Part shown: positions 51,521-64,000 of the stretch, piece by piece
Layout of the letters: each line of letters opens with the position of its first letter
Numbering within the stretch: the stretch's first letter is position 1
Position numbers and translations under genes: made by a program
The notes under the pieces: generated by a model
Told to the model about the DNA's origin: nothing
Seen by the model: only the letters and a program-made list of their open reading frames with translations
Databases searched by the model: none
From: Octopus vulgaris
Taxonomy: Eukaryota
Assembly: GCA_951406725.2 (NCBI GenBank)
Contig: OX597817.1
Span: 70,680,001 to 70,744,000 of the forward strand
Reading direction: 5' to 3'
DNA: 64,000 nt

Positions 51521-51937
51521 TGCAGCTTCAGACACCCAACCTCCTGTCCTTTACATAACCGCTGTCTCACGAAAAACATAGTTTATAAGTGTACAGTATC
51601 AACTGCCAACTGTAACTACATTTATATCGGCTCATGTAGCACCACCTTCAAAGCCTGAGTAAACAACCACTACTCCAACTTCAAGTCCCAAACAAAATCC
51701 AACAGTACATCGTTATCTCAACTTATCAGTAAACTAACGATTGATTCAACTCCTTACACTCTCAAGTGGTCCATAGTCACCCACGTCAAGCCTTGCAGCA
51801 GCTATAATAACAAGTGTAATCTCTGCATAGCCGAGATCTTGGCTATTCTGCAATCCACGGATTGTCTTAATGAATGCAGCTGTATACTATTCACCTGCAA
51901 ACATTGGTCACCAGTCCTATTCTCAAAATACAAATAA
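51521..51937 (+). pseudogene. Penelope-like element C-terminal GIY-YIG endonuclease
   Basis: CPLHNRCLTKNIVYKC..YIYIGSCSTTFKA*VNNH..NSTSLS..LKWSIV..KCNLCIAE..CLNE..CKH; one internal stop. Confidence 0.85.
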
Positions 51938-52386
51938 TTACAACCTCACCCCGTTCTTTTCCCTCTATTCTTCATAAATTTTTCCTCTTATCCACCCTCA
52001 CCACCTCTATATATTAAACCAACAATATATCTCTCCTTTAATTCTTTTATTGTCAATTACTCACTTCTATCCGTAGTTTTCGTTACCGTTTAAAAACTTT
52101 TTCTTTTTTCTTTCTTTTATTTCAACTGCCTCATCCTCTCCTACCCTCCCCTCCGAAAACTTACAAGTACATACGCTAACATACACCTCCACCACTTCAT
52201 ATTGTAAATACGCTGACCATACATTCCTCTACTGAAAAGACTTATAGTCGCCATCACAATTCTTCCCCTCTCTTTCTTACTTTCTTAATGCATATATATT
52301 TTCTTTCTCCCCTTGACCAAATACTTTTCCCCACCCTCTTCCCTCCATATATATATGTGTATATACATACATACATACATACATAA

Positions 52387-52417
<31 letters not shown>

Positions 52418-52423
52418 TGTATG

Positions 52424-52457
<34 letters not shown>

Positions 52458-52487
52458 TGTATGTATGTATGTATGTATGTATGTATG

Positions 52488-52574
<87 letters not shown>

Positions 52575-53139
52575 TCTAATACCACTCCCCTGTTAATTTT
52601 GTGATTCGGCCCCAAAAGCCCTTTGAATGCCACCATGAATTCGTTCTTAAATTCCTCTCTCTATCTTGCTTTATTCATTTACACTTTCTTTCTCCCCCCT
52701 TGATCAAAAATATTTCCCCACCCTATTCCTTCCAAATTATCTTTTCTTCAAATACTAATCCCCTTACTAAATTCTGCGATTCAACCAAAACAGTACCAGT
52801 CAATTGACCTTGCTTAAATTCCTCTCACTCCTTTATATTTTCTTCTTTTTCTCCACTTTTCCCCTTCTTCCAATATTTATTTCTTCCTACATTTCTATAC
52901 TCTTCCCATACAGTGCTCTCTACACATTCTGACTGAATCTTCCATGCGTCAACATGTACAAGATTTAGTAGGATAGAAATAGAATCAGCCGAAATTGCGA
53001 GGATGATCTGGTTCTTGACTGAGGATTGAAAGCTTCGAATGACCCGTCCTTGTTTTTTTGTATCGTCCATCTGGATGTTTTGTTGTCCCTTTCTGTATCA
53101 CCTAGTTGTCCGGATGTTTTGCGTTCTTGTCCCATTTTG

Positions 53140-53192
<53 letters not shown>

Positions 53193-53276
53193 ATCCAAAC
53201 ATGAAAACACAACAACGCGAGCACGTGGAACAAATATAGTATTATTGGACGCTCAGGAAAGAAGGGAAGAAGGAGG

Positions 53277-53311
53277 GTTTAACGTTTCGAGCGGAGCTCT
53301 TCATCAGAAAC
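53277..53311 (-). ncRNA. Minimal type I hammerhead ribozyme, Penelope-type, with intact core
   Basis: GTTT-CTGATGA-AGAGCTCCGCTC-GAA-ACGT-T-AAAC: stem I GTTT/AAAC, stem II GAG/CTC, palindromic ACGT stem III; within element 53188-53385. Confidence 0.7.
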
Positions 53312-53512
53312 ATAGGAAAAGGAAAGATCCAGAGAAAGGAAGACGTAGGAAAAAAATCGCCAACGGTACACACGCGGTCACATTTTGAATGACCGGAAGG
53401 AAATGGGTGAAGAAAAGTTCTTTCAAAGACAGGAGAGTGCAAGAGGAGGTATGTGTGTGTAAGTGTGGATATGTGCGTGCACGAAGGTCAGCGGCGTACG
53501 TACACTTTGTTC

Positions 53513-53563
<51 letters not shown>

Positions 53564-53698
53564 TATGAAAATACACGATCAACATATCCAATGGCGGCCC
53601 TATATATATATATATATAATTGAAAAAAATTCGTTATAGGTATAAAGATACCATAAACAAGTGTAAAAATGGAGAAAATATGTTAAAATCAAAATTGA

Positions 53699-53806
53699 AT
53701 TCAATACATACGCACGTTTCAAAAGTCAATACAAATATTTAAGAAAAAATTATTATAATAATAATTATAATTAGAGTTATGCATTGTCATTCTCATCAGT
53801 GTGAAT
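53699..53806 (-). ncRNA. Putative type I hammerhead ribozyme with extended stem II
   Basis: ATTCACA-CTGATGA-GAATGACAATGCA..TGTATTGACTTTT-GAA-ACG-TG-CGT-A-TGTATTGAAT. Confidence 0.55.
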
Positions 53807-55226
53807 AATTTTTAGGAAGGACATCAGAAAAGTTATTACTAAAATTCAACAAGGAAAAACAAGTGAGGTAATAGGGAAAAATTAAACCGGATATCTACAA
53901 TCAAGTTGTAAAAGGGAAAAATTGGATATGCTGATCATGTATCTTCATATGTATGCGCAGATCTGAATAAGACTGAGGAGGATTACTTGTTTCCCATGCT
54001 TATATGCCTCCTGTCTTTACGCCAATAATGAGAGAAAGGGCACAGCCTGGAACCAATGTCGTCATTGTTAGAATGCGAAAAAAAAACAACCCAAAAAACA
54101 AAAAACAAAAACAAAACAACTCAAATAGTACCTGCAATCCGCCTCTCTGGATTGAGGCTGTTTTTCTGTCGACACTGAAAGTCTGAAAGGCAAAGTTGAT
54201 CTAGTAGAAATTTAAATTCAGAACGTAGAGATTCGGAAAAAATACCGTATTCCATTCAGCGATCTAGCAGCTCTGCCAATTCGATTTATTCAAGTCAATC
54301 TTGCCATTTCAATATTTTCTCCCCTTCTCAGGAGACCGAGAAAGATAATTAGTTTATAGTCATCAAATGTTTGTGTTGTACATCTGCTCACTCCCTCCAT
54401 GAAGTCGACGTCTCCTGCGCAGGCGCCACACGTCAGAATGATCGTAGACTAACATGAAATGAAAGGGTTTTTTTTTCTTCTCAAGAACACAACGTACCAC
54501 CCGCTCTGGGAATCGAAATCATCATCCTACGATCATGAGCGCAACACCCGAAATATTAAGCCACACGCCGTCACAAGACTTTAATTACACCGGAATCAAA
54601 ACTTCAACAGTCTCATTAAAGTACAGATTCCAGTGTGATTGTATTTCGTTTTTAACTGTATAAATAAACTTCTGAAATAAATTAATACATAAGTAAGTAA
54701 ATAGATAAATAAATAAATAAATAAATAATAGATAGTTTGAAACAAGCGGTTATTATTTTTATGGTTTGTTTTTATTATGACTACATTAGCCTGCGATTGA
54801 CCCAAATAAATTGCTCTTAACCTGCATGACCCTAGTTATCATTGGGTAATTCAAATTGTGTGAGTGTGTGTCTGTGTGTGTGTGTGTGAAACACAATTGT
54901 CGAGACGTATGAATCGAGTTAAGCTTGTGTAAATGAAGAAGATCAAAGTGAATTGAAAAAAATCTGATAAAGGATAAGTCAAACAATTGTCCTGTCAATA
55001 CATATCAATAAATAAATAGCTTGGACAGGACGGAACATAAGTAAATTATGTGTTATTCGGTTGTTGTTGTTGTTGTTGTTGTCTTAACGGAATAATGAGT
55101 AAAATAATATAATAGTCATTGTCCAGACATGAATCTGTTTTAGCTTGGGGTAATTGAAAAATATCAAAGGGAATTGGAAAACATCATAGGGAAATAAGTC
55201 AAGTGATTGTCCTGTCTATAGATATC

Positions 55227-55259
<33 letters not shown>

Positions 55260-55262
<3 letters not shown>

Positions 55263-55445
55263 CTTTTCTATTTATAGGCACAAAGTCTGAAATTATATGG
55301 GAGGCGGCTAGTCGATTACGTCGGCTCCAGTTGCTCAGCTTATTTTTATCGATCTCGAAAGGATGAAAGGCAAAGTCGATTCGGCAGAATTTGAACTCAG
55401 AACGTGAAAACGGACGAAATACCGCTAAGCGTTTTGTCCAATGTC
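55260..55445 (-). mobile_element. Nin-like SINE, with a second partial copy at 55543-55628
   Basis: Family match; flanked by (AAT)n and (GAT)n. Confidence 0.75.
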
Positions 55446-55729
55446 CTAATAATAATAATAATAATAATAATAATGATGATGATGATGATGATGATGATGA
55501 TTATGATGATGATGATGATGATGATAATGACGACGATGATGATGGTTTCAAATTTTGGCACAAAGCCAGCAATTTCGCGGAAGGGGTAAGTCAATCACAT
55601 CGACTCCAGTATTCAGCTGGTACTTATATCCTGTCTCTGGTGTGTCCGAGTCTGCGAGCGTATATCTGTACGTATATCTGCGTATACGCCGGTATATTCA
55701 TAATGTTTCTGTATATGTGAGACAGTGTA

Positions 55730-55771
<42 letters not shown>

Positions 55772-55950
55772 CCACAACAATACGGCTGCTCAACGTTACT
55801 ACCGTTTAACCCCAGGCTGAGCTTCCGCCAACTGGTTATCGGTACAATCTGCATCCGGTATATATTGCAAACAGGGGTGCGAACCCCTACAATCTTCTAG
55901 TAGATGATGGGATCCCTACACCGAACGGTTTCGTGCTATTCGTGCCCATC

Positions 55951-55990
<40 letters not shown>

Positions 55991-56010
55991 GTGGATGCCG
56001 GAATGATCTC

Positions 56011-56063
<53 letters not shown>

Positions 56064-56065
56064 CA

Positions 56066-57990
56066 CACTCAATTCTCTTTTTCCACATATTCTTTTTGCA
56101 CGGTTTTGAAATAACACGGTTCAACAAGAACGAACCGATTATTTTCTTGCACTATTTTTTTAAAAACTTTAAGACGGTCTAAACATCTGTCCTTGTGTGA
56201 CCACCGAATTTATTGCAAGTTGCAAGTAAACGACTAAGTAACATCATTCAATTGTATTTTACAAAACGCCGAAACTCTACGTAACATGATTAAGCAACAA
56301 TTTAACGAAGTAAAATAGAATGCAATCTATTTTTTCCGTATAGTGATCCACCACTCTTCGGTGTGCGCGGGACCTATGCACTGTGCATACCTCTGGTGGC
56401 GTGTAACCGCTCCATCAGACGGCTCGCGGCGGCAGTCGTTATCATCAGGTCTAATACGAAAGACGTGTCGCGTGTTTTATCCTCTGCTATATTCTTTATT
56501 TGCGATCGTGATAGTGATAACCTACCCCAAAATGTCGGTTGATACATCTAAGGAAAATAAAAGAGCATCAATTTCTTTGGAGACCAAGACCAATATTTTG
56601 CAGCGTCCTTGGGTAAAGCTTTCTGCCTGAACGAAGCTACGATAAGAACGATCAAAGGAATGATGCTGCCATTAGAAGATCTGTAGCTTCTGGAATAAAA
56701 TTATGTGCTAAGTCGAGGTCATATACAAGAGACATGATTCAAGAAAATTGGAGAAAGCTTTAATAATATGGATAGAAGAAAACAATAAAAAAATGATACC
56801 AGTAGATGGTAAAACCATAAAACAGATGGCATTACGATTTTACAAAATGATTAATGATCTGGAGTCATCAAGTGCGTTACATCTGTCTAGTGATAAAAAG
56901 AAGAATGAATTTGCTGCAAATACGAGATGGCTTAGAAAATTCCTCGAAAGATACGCACTGCATAATATAAAAATGACAGGTGAAATTTTATCGGCAGATA
57001 AGACTGCTGCTAAAGAATTTCTTCCCAAACTAGCCAAAATAATTGAAGAAGACGGTTACATTTCAGACCAAGATTTCAACGGAGATGAAGCTGGTTTCTT
57101 TTGAAAAAAAAAAAATCCCAAACTGAACGTATATAGCAAAATCAGAGAAAAGGGCCAGTAGTTTTAAGGCAACTAAAGACCGTCTAACGTTCTTGTTATG
57201 TAGCAACGCTTCAGGAGATTGTTTGTTAAAACAGTTATTGATTAATCGATCAGTTCGTCCGCGTGCAATGAGAGGCGTAGACTTAAGTAAATTACCAGTT
57301 CATTTGAGAGCCAATAAAAAAATCATGGATGACAGCAGAAATATTTACTGAATGGTTTAACAAACAGCTTCGTTCCTGAAGCAAGAAGATATATGGAAGA
57401 TAAAGGTCTTGAGTTTAAAGTCCTTTTGCTTATAGACAATGCACCCGATCGTCCAAATTTGGAACACCCGAATCTAAAAGTCGTATTCTTGCCACCTAAT
57501 ACAACATCTCTGATTGAACTGCTTGACCAGGGTATAATTTCAACGTTCAAATCATATATACAGCGAACATTTGAATATATTTTAGATGAACTAGAAAAAG
57601 ATGGTGCACTTTCAATCATTTAAGCATGGAAAAAATTTACTATAATTAATTGTGTTAAATATGCTGCACTGGCTTTATCCAAATTAAAGCCATCTACCCA
57701 AAATGCATGCTGGTGATCTCGTATCTAATATATATACGAACGAATTACATTCTGATATCATCACTTTGTCACATCAGATTGGCAGAGAAGGTTTTGAAGA
57801 ATTAACAATTGATATTGCAGAATTAACAACTGACGAAGCTCCTAATGAAGAACAAATTATAGAGAGTATTTCAGAGATTGTATATGGTTCCACGTTAGTT
57901 TATAGTATTGATGATGAAGTGGCTCTACTATCTGCAAGTACAATTCTAATAGCCTTCAAATAGCCCAAAAAGTTGGAAATCATTTTTTTT
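56066..57990 (+). mobile_element. Tigger/pogo-family transposon, decayed; transposase from ATG at 56532
   Basis: LEKALIIWIEE, FAANTRWLRKF, DFNGDEAGFF, KATKDRLTFLLCSNASGD, KVLLLIDNAP, VFLPPNTTSLIELLDQGIISTFK. Confidence 0.9.
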
Positions 57991-57999
57991 ACAATATTG

Positions 58000-58325
58000 A
58001 AAGAACCGGTTTCTAACCCAGATCCAAGGTTCCTTCATTGGAATGTCAACATCAATAACAGGGTGTTTTTGTTTGTATGTATGTATGTATGTATGTATGT
58101 ATGTATGTATGTATGTATGTATGTATGTATGTATGTATGTATGTATGTATGTGAAGATTTGTATGTTTTATGTATGTATTCTCATGTATAGAGTTACAAA
58201 TCTAGACATGCCCATATATATTTAAATGATAAACTTCTGGAAAGTTTTACAGATTTTTACAGTTCCAGTGAACGAGTGGATCTGTAGCTTTCGAATTAGC
58301 TTTCCTCTTTCTGGAGAAGCCTATA
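58000..58325 (-). mobile_element. R4/Dong-like LINE 3' fragment (25265 family) with expanded internal (CATA)n
   Basis: KLIRKLQIHSFTGTVKICKTFQKFII* followed by the matching 3' UTR. Confidence 0.75.
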
Positions 58326-58334
58326 TAATTCGAA

Positions 58335-58500
58335 GAGCCAGCCTTATCGCATTTTATGTCACGCCGAATCTCCTTGGGAACTACATTAAGGGTACCCGTG
58401 TTTATAGAGCGCTCAACCTCTTGCACGTTAATTTCACGAACAATCTGTTCCGTTGATCGCATCAACTGGAAGATTCATCGTCGTAACCGACGGAATGCCA
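58335..58500 (+). mobile_element. 3' half of the 3420 SINE family
   Basis: GAACTACATTAAGGGTAC..CACGTTAATTTCA..TCATCGTCGTAACCGACGGA matches 3640-3800. Confidence 0.75.
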
Positions 58501-58687
58501 GTTCTAGCATTCTTGTGATCACAAATTGAAACTAATTTCACAGGCAATGTCTGTTAATCTTCGTACATTAAACCGTCATTAAACATGAATCAAATGAAAG
58601 TTTGAATGTTAACTGATTTACTTATGTAATGATAATGTCCGAATGTCTGAATTATTTATTTTATTTATAATGAAAAATCCGAGTGAT

Positions 58688-58868
58688 TACTCTTTTACCT
58701 GTTTCAGTCATTTGACTGTGGCCATGCTGGAGCACCGCCTTTAGTCGAGCAAATCGACCCCAAGACTTATTCTATCGGTCTCTTTTGCCGAACCGCTAAG
58801 TTTCGGGGACGTAAACACACCAGCATCGATTGTCAAGTGATGTTGGAGGGACAAACACAGAGACATAC

Positions 58869-58912
<44 letters not shown>

Positions 58913-59288
58913 ATATAAACGGCAGTTTGTCTGTGCGTGTTTCTGTGTGTCTGTTTGCTTGTACCCTCACCCTGACCACGGCTTTCAACCGATTCTGATG
59001 AAACTTGACACACACATAGCCCAATGTCATAATTCAAAACTAACGTAGAGAAAATTTTGAAAAGTTCCCCCAGTTCTGAAAAAAAATCGATAAATTCGAC
59101 ATGGGGTCGAGAATCAGAAACACAAACCGCAAACTGTCTAGGGGACGCAACTCCACCTTTTTTCACTCTCAAAAAAAATTTACCATCATTTTTTTCCATT
59201 TTTTTTGCTATTTTTTGGCTATAACTCTCTAAAAATGCTTTAAAGTTATTTCCCTTACAAACCTGAGCAACGCCGGGCGATACTGCTA

Positions 59289-59329
<41 letters not shown>

Positions 59330-59505
59330 CACATATATACGACGGGCTTCTTTCAGTTTCCGTCTACCAAATCCACTCACAAGGCTTTGGTCAGCCCGAG
59401 GCTATAGTAGAAGACACTTGCCCAAGGTGCCACGTAGTAGGACTGAACCCGGAACCATGTGGTTTGTAAGCAAGCTACTTACCACACAGCCACTTCTACG
59501 CCTAT
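58688..59505 (-). mobile_element. SINE (4883 family) with a Helitron nested in its (TA)n
   Basis: Tail at 58688-58865, head at 59335-59505. Confidence 0.85.
58908..59289 (+). mobile_element. Non-autonomous Helitron nested in a SINE
   Basis: A|TC..CTAG|T; last ~115 bp shared with the 46313-46948 element. Confidence 0.85.
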
Positions 59506-60465
59506 AAAATATGATTTCATATGACATAATAACGAATGTCTCAATGATTTATTAGTGAAATATCAAAGCAAAAATATTTCATTTGTAGAATGAGGTTTCC
59601 TGCTACTTAAACGTTGTATGAATGCATTGTTTTCGTGGCTTCTGCCGCAGGAAAATGTAAATAGGTGAAAAACGGAGTGTCTGATACCCTTCAAAGAGAG
59701 GTTGTGGAATATGAAACCCCCAAACACTCAGCTAAAAGTTATTATTATCATTATTATTGTTTTTCTGATGCTTTGAAAATTCCTGCTCATAGGCCATATC
59801 CAAACCTTTCCAAAAGAAATTCCTCGATGATTTGTGAAAATCTTGGGCAAATTACACCAACAGTACATTACGGTATTGCGATGCAACAAAAATAATGTTC
59901 CATTATCTGAGGTTATCAGGTGGAAGATATCTCTTTCAGAAGTACTTTTTTTTCTGCTATTTCAACAATGGTCAAGATTTCTTCCAATTATTTTAATGTG
60001 TTCAGCCATTTTTTTTTTTGCTTTGTATAACAGATTGGAGAATGCGATAAATTAATTTCATTGATTCATTTAATGACGTTCAAACCCCGAAGGTTTACAG
60101 TGATTCCTGACCAAACTGATTTCAGTTTCCGATTACAAATCGAAAGAATGCCTTTTGTGTAAGTGTACCGGGTTTCCGTACAGTTTCTAGTTGCAGACTA
60201 CCACTCACAAGGTATTGGTCAAATCTATGCCGCTATAAAAGATACATACCCAAGGTATTACGCAGTGGAATTGGATCTACAAAGAACTACGTGGTTGCGA
60301 AGTGAAATTCTTTCACACAAGTCAACCATCACTGCGTCCATATGTATTTTATGTCAAATTTCTGTTTAGGTCGGTGTTAATACCTTAATCTGTGATATCT
60401 TTTCGTATTGCTTTTAGAAAGCATTTAGAGGGACCGCGAGCACACACATACACACATACAGACAG

Positions 60466-60500
<35 letters not shown>

Positions 60501-60886
60501 ATATATTAGCCGTGAAAATATGCCAATGATCTTATCTACTCTAGGCACAAGGCCCGAAATTTGGGTGGAGGGGGCCAATCGATGAAGACCGACCTAATAC
60601 GCAACTGGTACTTAATTTATCGACCCCGAAAGGATGAAATGCAAATGTTACAATAAAGGAGGAAGAGTATATATGTTTAAGAGAGAGAAAGAGAGAGATT
60701 TCAATAGCCAAATAAGGCGCCAGCGGAGAGAAGAAAGGGTGACTGAAGAATGCGAAGAATAACTTATTAGAAGAAGAGAACGATGAGAAACTTATAGCGG
60801 AAATAAAGTAGGTAAAGTAGATGTTACATACATATGTTTTAATAATAGCAGAAATTCATACGTAAGTACGTACGTGCGTGCGTGCG

Positions 60887-60920
<34 letters not shown>

Positions 60921-61505
60921 TGTATGTATGTATGTATGTATGTATGTATGTATGTATTGAATCCCCGCTTGCGGTTGCCTCAGATTATTTGATTACGCAC
61001 TTATGGAAATTATAGACCATAACCACTAATTTCGGAATGCGGTCTGACATTTCATCCACAATGAAACTCGGATACATTTCAACAATTTAAAAGCTAGTGG
61101 TGGGGCACAATGAGTAATATTTACTGCATTTTTGACTCTGTGAAAAGTGTATATTTTACAAATGTTTACTACCTTACAAAAACTATATCGGCTAAATAAA
61201 TTATCTCTAAATGCATCGAAAACATTATAACATATTAAGAACATTAATTTCAGAAAATTATCTCCGTTCTCTTTGAGTATGTAAAAGACACTTAGCTGGG
61301 ACATTTAGCTGCCTCTCAATCCTTCAGAATTACACTTGAAAAACAGACTCATACACATCAATATCCATTCTTAGACATTAGAAAGATCAGAAATTCAACA
61401 AAGATTAAAAATATCTAGGTCAAATGAAAAACGATCATAGAAAAAAATGGCGCATGATATGAAATTAAAGAAACTCGGCCAGTTCTAAAAACTCAACATA
61501 AAATA

Positions 61506-62026
61506 CCGTAAATCCTCGAGTATAGTCCTCCCTTGAGTATAATACGCAGGAGATTTTTAGAGGGCTGTACCTCTGAAAAACCTAAACCTTGTGTATAATA
61601 AGCACCCCTTCTCTAACTTGAGTTAAGGAGGTCTATATAACGTCCTTGGTTTGTAAAAATGTATACGGTAGCGTACTTTATTATTATTGTATAGATAACA
61701 TAAAGCAAACGTGTAGCTTTTTTGTGCATTTTGTTTGCAGAAAATAAAGAAATAACAGTAATAACAGTAACAACGTTTAGTAAATGTTGCTTATTGCAAG
61801 TTATAGATGATTCTTTTATGACTTCATTGCTTTCAGGCTTAGCTTAAGGTATTTTCGCGCTCGACATCACAAAATGCGTCAGAATAAACATTGCCGGACA
61901 GCAAATGGAGACTCGGACATTGCATAGAAAATATTTTTCATTTTTAACCTTGTATATAGTACGCACTAGGGATTTTGACCATTAAATTTTGGGAAAAAAA
62001 TGCGGATTTTACGTGAGGATTTACGG
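61506..62026. mobile_element. Tc2/pogo-type MITE (CCGTA termini), copy 1
   Basis: TA|CCGTAAATCCTCGAGTATA ... TACGTGAGGATTTACGG|TA. Confidence 0.88.
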
Positions 62027-62531
62027 TATTCTCTTAACTTCTTCACGAGCTGCAGGAGTGGCTTTCTTCACGTGGTATATATTTTTGTACCATGCTGTTC
62101 GAAGAAATCATTGAAATTAGTCATTATTCATTTTGCCTCCCTTTAGACATCATCTTTTGAAATTTGAAAATTATCAAATTCGACTTCAATTGGGGAAAAA
62201 TTGACTTGGAACACAACAGAGAAAAGAATATTGATTGTTAAGCACCAACAATTATCCAGATATTTTATTAGCAACGTCAGTTACAATCGGGTCAAATTTA
62301 AGGCTAAATCTCTTGAAAAAGAAGTAACTGTCAGGTGACTATGTTTGAAACCCTCTCAACTTCAACAACAACAGCTAGACTGACGAAATTTTACTCCCAA
62401 AGATGATGCAACAAGTGCTGATGCAATACTTGTAATGTAATGGTTTCAAACGGGTATGGAATAACAAGAAATCAGAAATTACACATTTTGCTTCCACCCA
62501 CCCGCTAAATTTATTTATTAGTTAAAAAGAA

Positions 62532-62562
62532 GCTTCTCGGTGTTTTGGCTAAGATCAAAGTA
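62532..62562 (+). pseudogene. U2: U2 snRNA 5' fragment
   Basis: GCTTCTCGGtgTTTTGGCTAAGATCAAAGT versus the metazoan U2 5' end ATCGCTTCTCGGCCTTTTGGCTAAGATCAA(A)GTGTAG. Confidence 0.75.
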
Positions 62563-62564
62563 TA

Positions 62565-63086
62565 CCTTAAATCCTCGAGTATAGTTCGCCCTTCAGTATA
62601 ATACGCAGGGGATTTTTAGGGGGCTGTACTTCTGAAAAACCTAAACCTTGTGTATAATATGCACCCCTTCTCTAACTTGAGTCGTGCATAATTAAGCCAG
62701 CAGCACCTAATCGAACAAACACTTACGCACATGCGTAATACAATAATGGTGATGTTCTTAACTGTTATATGGGAATGTAAATATGTTTGCAAATTGTTTT
62801 TGTTATATGTTATTCTGTGTTCTGAATACTTTTATTTTAATAAATGTTGCTTACTGCAAGTTATGGATGATTCTTTTATGACTTCATTGCTTTCAGGCTT
62901 AGCTTAAGGTGTTTTCGCGCCCGACATCACAAAATGCGTCTGAATAAACATTGCCGGAGAGCAAATAGAGACTCGGACATTGCTTAAAAAATAATTTTCA
63001 TTTTTAACCCCGTATATAGAACGCACTAGGAATTATTACCTTTAAATTTTGGGAAAAAAATGCGGATTATACTCAAGGATTTAGGG
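62565..63086. mobile_element. Tc2/pogo-type MITE, copy 2
   Basis: TA|CCTTAAATCCTCGAGTATA ... TACTCAAGGATTTAGGG|TA; ends match copy 1 but the middle differs. Confidence 0.85.
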
Positions 63087-63430
63087 TAATTAATAATGTT
63101 AAAAAAAATATATATTCCCTATACGCACAAGTTTAAGTGTATGCAAATGATCATGTTTGTGTCATAACAAACTCGGCGTGTGGGTCCAATTTCTCCTCAT
63201 GAATATTTGTATGTTTGAGTATATTTTCTTGGATCACAATCATTATCTATCTGCCTTTCTATCTATATACCTGCCTTTTAATCTCTCTCTGGCTCTTCAC
63301 AATTTCGCGATGGCCTCTTGATGGGCGTGGATTTAATCCGTCGCCCCTCGCTCCGTTTTACACTACTTTCTAGAACGAAAGTGTTTTTAACGGAATTCAC
63401 CTTGTTTCAGTCATCCGGGCCAAGTCCCTG

Positions 63431-63474
<44 letters not shown>

Positions 63475-63884
63475 ACACACACACGTTATTTTGCAAAGGA
63501 GAGAAAATATCTTGCTGAAAATCTATTTTGCTTTCTCGTTAGTGAAATATAATTTAATGAAATGAAATGAAGCACGACACGGTGTTCTCTTTATATATAT
63601 TTATATAATAATTTTATTTTACCCCATTTCAGTAATGGAATCCATAATATTCGTACGTAGAAAATGTTATTTCGGTTTCGGTCGAATCTCTGCAGTATGA
63701 AGTAATTATAGGTCTGCGATATTTATATTACAACACACTCACACGCACTTACACCAAACACTCATAAATCAGAGGGGGAAAAATCTTAGTTTTATCTGAG
63801 CGACATATATAACCACTGAGAGTGCTCTATGACTCAATAGGTAGTCGATGCTAAACTTTATACTTTTTCGTTTTTTTTTGTTTA

Positions 63885-64000
63885 TTTGTTTTACTTACTT
63901 GATTGTGGCCATGCTGGAGTACCGCCTTGAAGAGTTTTAGTCGAACAAATCGATCTCAGGTGTTACTTTTCACAATCGGTTACTCCTGACGAACCGCTAG
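63885..64000 (-). mobile_element. SINE (4883 family) 3' end running off the window
   Basis: TGTGGCCATGCTGGAGTACCGCCTT..GAACCGCTA. Confidence 0.7.

Noticed and set aside
51656-51658. In-frame TGA in the Penelope endonuclease read as selenocysteine
   Set aside because: It sits at the conserved Arg of FKxR, so CGA-to-TGA decay is the simpler explanation; no SECIS recognised.
63401-63427. Minus-strand 27-nt AG/GT-bounded micro-exon
   Set aside because: ATGACTGAAACAAG matches the common SINE tail, so it is probably a repeat remnant.

Overview
Repeat-saturated, AT-rich eukaryotic DNA with no intact host protein-coding gene that I can recognise. The tRNA-headed SINE families and very dense (TA)n/(CA)n/(CATA)n/(GATA)n microsatellites suggest a coleoid cephalopod, probably Octopus (inference). 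Most ORFs in the supplied track are microsatellite read-through. The recognisable coding sequence is all decayed transposon: RTE, CR1-like, R4/Dong-like and HERO-like LINEs, a Penelope GIY-YIG endonuclease, mariner, DD37D-type, Tigger/pogo and hAT transposases, and a Helitron Rep N-terminus. There are also many SINEs and MITEs, several with verifiable TIRs and TSDs. Most notable: (1) short elements abutting (TA)n that carry minimal hammerhead-ribozyme cores; (2) an RTE insertion with twin-priming (5'-inversion) architecture; (3) one SINE head with two alternative 3' tails, one resembling the local RTE tail; (4) a 5' fragment of U2 snRNA; (5) two CpG-depleted domains flanking a CpG-retaining zone at about 26-28.5 kb, which may mark cryptic methylated gene bodies. 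All calls were made by eye, and boundaries of decayed elements are approximate.
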